Assembly: GCF_006345805.1 (NCBI RefSeq)
Contig: NC_043025.1
Span: forward strand, 4,464,001 to 4,528,000
DNA: 64,000 nt
Source: Octopus sinensis
Taxonomy: Eukaryota
Direction of reading: 5' to 3'
A model generated the notes under the pieces. It searched no databases and was not told the origin of the DNA. It saw only the letters and a program-made list of their open reading frames with translations. Below are positions 24,901 through 36,470 of the stretch, piece after piece (within the stretch, counting starts at the first letter, position 1; every line of letters starts with the position of its first letter). The position numbers and the translations under genes were made by a program.

Positions 24901-27900
24901 ACGAGGGTTCCGGCTGATCCGATCAACGGAACAGTCTGCTCGTGGAATTAACGTGTAAGTGGCTGAGCACTCCACAGACACGTGTACCCTTAACGTAGTT
25001 CTCGGGGATATTCAGCATGACACAGAGAGTGACAAGGACGGCCCTTTGAAATACAGGTACAACAGAAACAGGAAGTAAGAGTGAGAGAAAGTTGTGGTGA
25101 AAGAGTACAGCAGGGATCACCACCATCCCCTGCCGGAGCCTTGGGGATATTCAGCGTGACACAGAGAGTGACAAGGCCGGCCCTTTGAAATACAGGTACA
25201 ACAGAAACAGGAAGTAAGAGTGAGAGAAAGTTGTGGCGAAAGGGTACAGCAGGGATCACCACCATCCCCTGCCGGAGCCTCGTGGAGCTTTAGGTGTTTT
25301 CGCTCAATAAACACTCACAACGCCCGGTCTGGGAATCGAAACCGCGATCCTACGACCGCAAGTCCGCTGCCCTAACCACTGGGCCATTGCGCCTCCACTA
25401 TCAACACTGTTTAAGGAAGGAAGGAAGGAAGGAAGGAAAGAAGGCATCTTTGAGAATTACCTTGTCCCTGCCGGTCGAGTTTTTGGATGAGTTTACCGCA
25501 GTAGGGATAACCAAATCCTCATTGTCCGAGTAGCTGGACGGTGCCTCTTCATAGCTTGCCTGTATCATCTCCTCTACTTCTTCTTCTACCTGTTCTGCGA
25601 ATTCTTTTCCTCCTCCTCCTTCTCTCACGTTTTCGCTAGAGCTTTGCTCTTCTTTGCTCTCTTTCTTCTTCTTCTTCTTCCTCTTTCTCTCTTTGGAAGC
25701 ACCAACATCGCTGCCTCTGCCACTGCCGCTGCTGCCAACGTATTCACTATTACCGATGTTGTCCTGGTACTGATGTTCGAAGGCTGGAGAGAGAGAAAAA
25801 AAACAATAAAAAACAGATGAACATTATTTACATTATTTACATTTGACGGATATTTCTCCTCATCTTGTTTGTTCTTAACACAACGTTTCGGCTGATATAC
25901 CCTCCAGCCTTCATCAGGTGTCTTGGGGAAATTTCAAACATGGGTTCTCATTCCTAAGGTATTTTTCGATGTTGTTATTATTATTATCATCATTATTCAG
26001 GTCACTGCCTGGAATCAAACTCGGAATCTTGGGGTTAGTAGCCCATGCTCTTAACCACTACGCCACATGCCCGTGGGCGAAGTAGTTAAGAGCATGGGCT
26101 ACTAACCCCAAGATTCCGAGTTTGGAGCTTTGACGAAAACACAAAGCCTTATGTGTGGATTTGGTAGATGGAAACTGAAAGAAGCCCGTCCTATATATGT
26201 ATGTTTTGTGTGTTTATGTTTGTCCCCCTAGCATTGCTTGACAACCGATGTTGGTGTGTTTACGTCCCCGTCACATAGCAGTTCGGCAAAAAGAGACCGA
26301 TAGAATAAGTACTGGGCTTACAAAGAATAAGTCCCGGGGTCGAGTTGCTCGACTAAAGGGGCGGTGCTCCAGCATGGCCGCAGTCAAAATGACTGAAACA
26401 AGTAAAAGAGTAAAAGAGTAAAAGGAGCATACAGCCCAGTCGGGGAATCGAACTCACAACCTCGTGATTGTGAGCCAGCAGTCTAACCACTGAGCCGTGC
26501 GTCCTGTAGTTCCAAAACTAAGGAACAAGCTGAGACTCACCTTCATTGCTTTGAACAGAGGAGTTATTCTTCCACTCATTCAGAAGTTTCTGGTTATTCT
26601 TCATCCCAACTACGGCATTAGAGGGGACATCAGTGTTTGTGGTATTTGCCAAGGTTATGGTGGAGTAATCCTCTTCGAATTTCAGTTGTTTCGGGATAGT
26701 TCTTCGGAGTGCTGGTTTCTGAAAATGTCGAAGAAAAATAGAGAAATGGGTGGACTTCTGGTTTCAGTACCCCATATAAACCCTCATAACTTTTAAAGGA
26801 ATAATAATAATAATAATAACAACATCAATGTCAAACTGCGACCTCGACGACAGAGCAGATAGGCGCAGGAGTGGCTGTGTGGTAAGTAGCTTGCTTACCG
26901 ACCACATGATTCTGGGTTCAGTCCCACTGCGTGGCATCTTGGGCAAGTGTCTTCTGCTATAGCTTCGGGCCAACCAATGCCTTGAGTGGATTTGGTAGAC
27001 GGAAACTGAAAGAAGCCTGTCGTATATATGTATATATATGTATGTGTGTGTATATGTTTGTGTGTCTGTGTTTGTCCCCCTAGCATTGCTTGACAACCGA
27101 TGCTGGTGTGTTTAGGTCCCCGTCACTTAGCGGTTCGGCAAAACAGACCGATAGAATAAGTACTGGGCTTACAAAGAATAAGTCCCGGGGTCAATTTGCT
27201 CGACTAAAGGCGGTGCTCCAGCGTGGCCGCAGTCAAATGACTGAATCTAGTAAAAGAGAAAGAGAATAATAATGGTTTCAAATTTTGGCACAAGGCCAGC
27301 AATTTCGAGGAAGCAGGTAAGTCATATTTGAAGTATGCTGTGCATGAGAAGACTCGGCAGGACAAGTGAAACCATAACCCGTGGCCTCTACACGGGATGT
27401 AGCCAGTTCACTTATGCATACCTTTCCTTCTTGGGACACAAAACTCTACTTGTGAAGACCTGTTGAGGCAAGTGAGAATCGAAATAGATCAACATCAATG
27501 GAAATTGCAGCTGTGATACCAGTGCCGGTGGTACGAAAGAGAACCATCCGAACGTGGACGTTGCTAGCGCTGCCCCAACTGGCCTTGTGCCAGTGGCACG
27601 TAAAAAGCACCATCCGATTGTGGCTGTTGCCAGCCACGTCTGGCCCCCGTGTTGGTGGCACGTAAAAAGCACCCACTAAACTCATGGAGTGGTTGGCATT
27701 AGGAAGGGCATCCAGCCGTAGAAACATTGCCAGATCAGACTGGGCCTGATGCAGCCTTCTGGCTTCTCAGACCCCAGTTGAACCGTCCAACCCATGCCAG
27801 CATGGAAAGCGGACGCTAAACGATGATTCTGCCAGGTTCCCCCATATCTTTATATATAAAAGTGAAGTTGTGTGAGTGTCTGTCTCCTACGATTTAGATT

Positions 27901-28604
27901 CCTAACTACTCCCACATTTTGCAGTGCAGTTTAACCAAAAGCGGGTATCTTATAGTCGTGATTCATATCGAGCCCTTCTGGGTATTAGTGCGCGTCTACG
28001 ATTTAAAAAAAAATTTACCATAATTTTTTTCCATTTTTAATGCATTTTTTTGCTATTTTTTGGCTATAACTCTCTAAAAATGCTTATATAGTTATTTCCC
28101 TTACAAACCCTAGCAACGCCGGGCGATACTGCTAGTTACCTAATAATAATGGTTCCAAATTATGGCACAAGGCCAGAAATTCCTGGGGAGCAGGTGGAGG
28201 TCGATTACATCAGCCTCAGTGCTAAACTGGGGCTCAATTTATCGACCTCAAAAGGAAGAAAGGAAAAAAATCGACCTTGTGGGAATTTGAACTCGGAACG
28301 CAACGACAGATGAAATGTTTAGCAGCGTTTCGTCTGACATGCTAATGACTTTGCCAGTTCATCACCTTAGTACCAAATTATAACGAGACTCATTAACCTG
28401 CATTCCACAAACATAGACACCATTAAACCTTCATCTTTTTCTTTATGATGATGATGATGATGATGATGATAACAATGACGATGATAATGATGACAATGGT
28501 TATGGTGATGATGATGATGATGATGAAGACAATGGCGATAATAATGATAGTGATGATGATAATAGTGATGATGATGATGACGATGACAATGATAGTGATG
28601 ATGG

Positions 28605-28641
<37 letters not shown>

Positions 28642-30998
28642 GACAATGGTGATAATGATGATAGTGATGATGGTGATGATGATGACAATGATGATATATA
28701 TATATATATATATATTATACATACTGGTTGGGACGACCTCTGCAGCTTCTGTGGCAGAACATCAGGCGACTGGACGGCAGCAGTAGAAGCAGCCATGGCC
28801 GGCGTGGATGTTGTGAAGGAAACACCTTCGTGTGATGACGACGGCAGCGGCGACGGTGCCACAACCGCAGACGGGTCTTGCCTGGCAAACTGCGACCTCG
28901 ACGACGGAGCAGATATCGAAGATGACAACGGAGCAGATATCGAAGATGACGACGTCAGCGGTGACGATGGAGGCATGTTTCCAATGCTGCTTGATGATGC
29001 GTGGGCAGCCTTTGCAGCCATACTGCTGTTGCTGCTGCTGCCTTCTCTTAACTTCACTGGTTCCTGGAGTGAGACGATGCTCTGCCGTCTCACAACACCA
29101 TCATCATCGTCGTCATCAATAACCATAGTAGCTGAAGATGCTGGTGTCTGGAGGTTGTGGATTTGAACCTGTGACGACAAAAATGTAGGAAAACAATTTA
29201 AGGTAGTCACGTGTATGTAAGTCTCACAATTTTATATTACACTAGCAGGACCTATGAATATTTTACAGAATTAACCCCTTCATAATCAACCCAGTTGAAA
29301 CCGGTCGTGGCTCCAAAGTACAAATACACAAGGATAACAAAAGGAAGAACACTCTGAAAATAGCTGGATGCAGGATATTGTGGAAGAGCTGAAAAAGCAA
29401 GGATCCGACTGGAGGGAAGCAGAAGATTCCACAGTCAAGTCATTGATGGCTTATGCATCATAGACAGCAAAAGGGTTTAGTAAGTAAAGCAGCTAACTAA
29501 AAAGATTAGGCCCTGACCTGAAACCCATGAGGGTGACCTAAAACTAGCTGGAGACAGGATATTATGATAATAACAATAATGAAGTCATGGGAGCTGTGCT
29601 GTTTTCTGACTTTGTAAACATGCCCACGGGTCCATGGGTGTTAGACAGGTGGAGTTTGAAAAGGTGCTCAGAGTTATTGTTGGTAAGATACTGATGCAGA
29701 GCTGAAAAAATCCCCAGAAATCCAACCGGATAGAAGCAGAAAAGACAGCCTGGAGTTGAGATTTTATGAGGGAAGTCCTTGATGGCTTATGTCCCATAGG
29801 AAGGGAAGTGTTTGAGGAAGAGCCCAACTAAAAGATCAGGCTCTGATCAGGACCCATGAGGTTGATGAAAGGAAGGATACTTTAAAAATAGCTGGATGCA
29901 GGATATTGTGGAAGAGCTGAAAAAGCAAGGATCCAACTAGATAGAAGCGGAAAACATGGTCCACAGATGAGGATATTAGATATAAGCTATTGATGGCCTC
30001 TGTTCCATTAGCTTAAGTTGGAAACAGAAGAGACCTATACATAGGATGTGTATAAGGATGGTGGTGTATAGTAGCGTATATAGAGAACTGAATCATCATC
30101 ATCATCGTCGTTTAACATCCACTTTTCATGCTAGCATGGGTTGGACGATTTTGACTGAGGTCTGGCGAACCAGACTCCGATCTGATCTGGCAGAGTTTCT
30201 ACAGCTAGATGCCCTTCCTAACGCCAACCACTCTGAGAGTGTAGTGGGTGCTTTTACGTGCCACCGGCATGAAGGTCAATTTGGTGGTACTGGCAACGAC
30301 CACGCCCAAATGGTGCTTTTTACGTGCCACCTGCACAGGAGGTAGTGTGGAAAACAGACGTGGGTTGGAAAACAGTAATGTATATATAGGGCTATATATG
30401 GTGCATATAAGATATGTGATGATGTATAGTAATGTATATAGAAGATTATACATGGTATATATAAGATCTGTGTTGGTGTGTAGTAATGTATATAAAGGAT
30501 TATAAGTGGTGTATATAAGGTGTGTGATGGTGTATAGTAATATATATATAGAGAGAGGGCTATATGTGGTGTATATGTGTGATGATGTATAGTAATGTAT
30601 ATAGGGGATTATACATGGTATATATAAGATCTGTGTTGGTATATAGTAATGTATACAAAGGATTATAAGTGGTGTATATAAGGTGTATGATGGTGTATAG
30701 TAGTATGTATATAGAGAGAGGGCTATATGTGGTGTATATGTGTGATGATGTATAGTAATGTATATAAGGCGCAGGAGTGGCCATATAGGCGCAGGAGTGG
30801 CCATATAGGCGCAGGAGTGGCCATATAGGCGCAGGAGTGGCTGTGTGGTAAGTAGCTTGCTAACCAACCACATGGTTCCGGGTTCAGTCCCACTGCGTGA
30901 CATCTTGGGCAAGTGTCTTCTGCTATAGCCTCGGGCCGACCAATGCCTTGTGAGTGGATTTGGTAGACGGAAACTGAAAGAAGCCTGTCGTATGTATG

Positions 30999-31066
<68 letters not shown>

Positions 31067-32274
31067 ATATATTTGTGTGTCTGTGTTTGTCCCCTCACCA
31101 TCGCTTGACAACCGATGCTGGTGTGTTTACGTCCCCGTCACTTAGCGGTTCGGCAAAAAGAGACCGATAGAATAAGTACTGGGCTTATAAAGAATAAGTC
31201 CCGGGGTCGATTTGCTCGACTAAAGGTGTTGCTCCAGCATGGCCGCAGTCAAATGACTGAAACAAGTAAAAGAGTAAAAGGTGTGTGATGGTGTATAGTA
31301 AAATATACATGTATATAGAGAAAGGGCTATATGTGGTGTGTATAAGATGTGTGTTGGAATATAGTATTATTTTGAGAAGACAAGGTGGCAAACTGGTAGA
31401 ATCGTTAGCATGGTGGGCAAAATGCTTACCGGTAATTTGTCCATCTTTACATTCTGGGTTCAAATTCTGCCAAGGTTGACTTTGCCTTTCATTCTTTCGG
31501 GGTCGATGAATCAAGTACCAGTTGGGTATTGGGGTTGATGTAATCGACCTAGCCCCTCCCCTGAAATTCCCGGCCTTGTGCTAAATTCTGAAACCAATAT
31601 CTAGAGGGGACTGGAATGTGTATAAGATGTGTGCAGGTATATAAGATAGGCGCAGGAGTGGCTGTGTGGTAAGTAGCTTGTTTACCAACCACATGGTTCC
31701 GGGTTCAGTCCCACTGCGTGGCACATTGGGCAAGTGTCTTCTACTATAGCCTCGGGTCGACCAAAGCCTTCTGAGTGGATTTGGTAGACGGAAACTGAAA
31801 GAAGCCCGTCGTATATATATATATATATAGGTGCAGGAGTGGCTGTGTGGTAAGTAGCTTGTTTACCAACCACATGGTTCCAGGTTCAGTCCCACTGTGT
31901 GGCATCTTGGTCAAGTGTCTTCTACTATAGCCTCGGGCCGACCAAAGTCTTGTGAGTGGATTTGGTAGACGGAAACTGAAAGAAGCCCGCCGTATATATG
32001 TATATATATATGCGTGTGTGTGTTTGTGTGTCTGTGTTTGTCCCCCTAGCATTGCTTGACAACCGATGCTGGTGTGTTTATGTCCCTGTTTCTTAGCAGT
32101 TCGGCAAAAGAGACCGATAGAATAAGTACTGGGCTTACAAAGAATAAGTCCCGGGGTCAAGTTGTTCGACTAAAGGAGGTGCTCCAGCATGGCCGCAGTC
32201 AAATGACTGAAACAAGTAAAAGAGTAAAAGAGGTGTATAGTGATGTATATATAGGGACTGTATGTGGCTGGAGT

Positions 32275-32308
<34 letters not shown>

Positions 32309-33045
32309 CTTACCTGATCACTACCAGCTTCAGTGGAAGAAATGGCTGAGATGTGAGGCATAGAAAGTGTAGGGGGTGGGGCAAGGTAGGCATTCTGCCA
32401 ATGGACTGCTATTTCAATTTGGCCATTCACAGTTGGTGGGGCGGGGACACTGGGTGTGGTGATGCTGGTAGAGGCAGCAGCAGGGGCAGGAGTCGGCTCA
32501 TGTAGCTCAAAGAATCCTTTGATGGCTCCGTCGTGAGCGAGGGACAGAAGAGGTATGTTGGTTGAACAGAGGTAACCCGTTTCTTCTGGGTCGCAGTCAT
32601 CAAACACGTAAATCTGCAGGGCCTGCAAAGATCAAAAGACAAAAAAACAAACTGCTTTTTGAAAAAAATTCAAAATATTTATAAGAAAAAAATCAGGAGT
32701 GGCTGTGTGGTAAGTAGCTTGCTAACCAACCACATGGTTCTGAGTTCAGTCCCACTGCGTGGCACCTTGGGCAAGTGTCTTCTGCTATAGCTTCGGGCCG
32801 ACCAAAGCCTTGTGAGTGGATTTGGTAGACGGAAACTTAAAGAAGCCAGTCGTATATATATATATATATGTATAGGTGCAAGAGTGGCTGTGTGGTAAGT
32901 AGCTTGCTAACCAACCACATGGTTCCGGGTTCAGTCCCACTGCGTGGCACCTTGGGCAAGTGTCTTCTACTATAGCCTTGGGCCGACCAAAGCCTTGTGA
33001 GTGGATTTGGTAGATGGAAACTGAAAGAAGCCCGTCGTATATATG

Positions 33046-33078
<33 letters not shown>

Positions 33079-35896
33079 TTGTTCCCCTAGCATTACTTGA
33101 CAACCGATGCTGGAGTGTTTACGTCCCCGTCACTTAGCCATTTGGCAAAAAGAGACCGATAGAATAAGTACTGGGCTTACAAAACGAATAAGTCCTAGGG
33201 TCGAGTTGCTCGACTAAAGGTGGTGCTCCAGCATGGCCGCAGTCAAATGACTGAAACAAGTAAAAGAGTAAAGAGAAAAGAGTATATACAGAATTGGCTA
33301 AAAACATTGCTAAGAGCAACATATTTTATTACCTCCACCTTAGCAAAGGCAGAAGTATTGTTTTCAGTCATGTTTGTTTGTTAGTTTATCCGTGGACAAG
33401 ATATCTCAAGAACCGCTGGATGGATTTGGATTAAACTTTCAGGGATGTTTGGCCTCATGACTGACACACACTGATTAGAGTCTGGGATTGATCCAGTACC
33501 GAACAAGGACTCTGGATTATTTGTTACATTTACTTTACTTTACATGATTGCAATCTTATGTTAACTTTCAAGTCTTTCTCAATTATCTCCCTTTAGGCTG
33601 TAACTATTTTGAATGGTGAATTTGTTAACTTTGGTTTGTATTAGATAAGGATAAACTATTTATTACTGTTACTAAATTTTCTACAGCCACCTTCACATTT
33701 CATGACCACCATTGGGATCAATCAGGTACCAGGCTAGGATTCTGGATTATTTTCCCATTTTTTTTTTACTTAATTTCTGAGAGTGGTCAGGCTCATTTTT
33801 AGTATTCTTGGTTGCGAGAGCAGTTGAGTTTATTTCAGATATTCTCATTTTAAAAATCATTTCTGGCTGATCGTTGAGAGAACGTCGGCATTGCCTTGGC
33901 TGAGGTTTATTCTTTGTGGCTAATGGCGTGAGTCCTGATTGGAAGAAGAAGAAGAAGAAGAAGAAGAAGAAGGAGGAGGAGGAGGAGGAGAAGAAGAAGA
34001 AGAAGAAGAAGAAGATCAAGAAGAAGAAGATCAAGAAGAAGAAGATCAAGAAGAAGAAGAAGAAGAAGAAGATCAAGAAGACGAAAAAGAAGAAGAAGAT
34101 CAAGAAGAAGAAGAAGAAGAAGAAGATCAAGAAGAAGAAGAAGAAGAAGAAGAAGAAGAAGAAGAAGAAGAAGACGACGACGACAACAACAGCAGCAACC
34201 GACAAGAAGCAAAGTGAACTCACCACAGATCTGAGGTAGTTATCAAGAGCAGCATTCATGACGACAGGGAAGGTCCGATGGTCGTTGAACTCTGGGTTGT
34301 TGGTGCTGTGTAGTATGACCGTATCGTGGTCAGGGAAGTCAAAGAACTGGTAGACACAATAAGGTGATGGCTGGACATCTAAACGGTATAAGAGAGAGAG
34401 AAGGTGAGAGAGTGTGAAAGAGAGTGTGGAAGAGAAGGGAGAGAATGCCAACCACTTTACAGAGAGTATTGGGCGCTTCTTATGGTACACCAGCATCAAT
34501 GCCTTTTTCATGGCACCAGCAGCACCAGTGCTTCTTATGTGGCACTGATACGTTTTATGTGACACCCGCACCAGTGCTTTTTGTGTGGCACCAGCACAAA
34601 TGCTTTTTACATGGCACCAGCACCAGTGATTTTTACGTGGCACCAGCACCATTACTTTTTACGTGGGACCAGCGCTTTTTACATGGCACCAACACCAGTG
34701 CATTTTACGTGGCACCAGCACCAGTGATTTTTACGTGGCACCAGCACCAGTGCATTTTACGTGGCACCAGCCCCAGTGATTTTTATGTGGCACCAGCACC
34801 AGTGCATTTTACGTGGCACCAGCACCAGTGATTTTTACGTGGCACCAGCCCCAGTGATTTTTACGTGGCACCAGCACCATTACTTTTTATGTGGCACCAG
34901 CGCTTTTTACATGGCACTAGCACCAGTGATTTTTATGTGGCACCAGCACCAGTGCATTTTACGTGGCACCAGCATCAGTGCTTTTTACGTGGGACCAGCA
35001 TCAGTGCTTTTTACGTGGCACCAGCTCCAGTGCCTTTTTACATGGAACCAGCACCAGTGCTTTCTACATGGCACCAGCACCAGTGCCTTTTTACATGGCA
35101 CCAGCACCAGGGCCTTTTACGTGGAACCAGCATCAGTGCTTTTTACGTGGCACCAGCTCCAGTGCCTTTTTACATGGAACCAGCACCAGTGCTTTCTACA
35201 TGGCACCAGCACCAGTGCCTTTTTACATGGCACCAGCACCAGGGCCTTTTACGTGGAACCAGCATCAGTGCTTTTTACGTGGCACCAGCACCAGGGCCTT
35301 TTACTGTGCCTGTAGTGATCAAATACATGTGCTGTACATTAGCTCACTGGCTCCATCAAACTGATGTTACCTGCCCAGGTGCATGGTGTACCGCATCTCA
35401 AATATCAAGATGACAGCAGAGCTACTTCATCATACATGAAATGTTTTGCTCAAGAACAGAATGCACCGCCTGGTTCAGGAGCTGAACCTAAGATCTCATG
35501 ATTGGGAGGACAACACTCCAACCCCTAGGCCATGAGCCCTCACTGGTTGCTCCCTATCAACTAATTAGATTAATGTAAAATTGAGAAAAAAGGGACACAC
35601 GGCCTACCTTTCCTACGTGAGGTGAGGTTTGTACAACGGAGTATTTTTACATGGAGTTCGTTGATGTTGCCATCTGGTCGTTGGTCAGCGAGACTGTCCA
35701 GGGCCTTGAGAGCCTGTTTTGCGGAGCGGTCATTGGAAGAAATGTAGCCAAGGGCCTTTATCCTTTCCTGGTAGGTGAAAACAACAACAATAAAAAAAAA
35801 AAATAGTAAAACAAAATTTGTGGTGATGGCATTGCTAGTAGTGGTGGTGGTGGTAGGGAGAGTGGTGGTGGTCATTGTGGTAGTGGTGGGGGTGGG

Positions 35897-35934
<38 letters not shown>

Positions 35935-36428
35935 CACTTCCACCACATGGCACCTTGGGCAAGTGTCTTCTTCTATAGCCTCAGATCAACCAATGCCTTG
36001 TGAGTGGATTTGGTAGACGGAAACTGAAAGAAGCCCGTCATGGTAAGAAGCTTGTTTTCCAACCACATTGTTCTGGGTTCAGCCCCACTGGGTGGCACCT
36101 TGGGCAAGTGTCTTCTACTATAGCCTCAGATCAACCAAAGCCTTGTGAGTGGATTTGGTAGACGGAAACTGAAAGAAGCCCGTCGTATATATGTATATAT
36201 ATATATTATGTATGCATGTATATATGTTTATGTGTCTGTGTATGTCCCTCCAACATCGCTTGACAACCGATGGTGGTGTGTTTACATCCCCATAACTTAG
36301 CGGCTCAGCATAAGAGACAGATAGAATAAGTACTAGGCTTACAAAGAGTAAGTCCTGGAGTCAATTTGCTCGACTAAAGGTGGTGCTCCACCATGGCCAC
36401 AGTCAAATGACCGAAACAAGTAAAAGAG

Positions 36429-36470
<42 letters not shown>

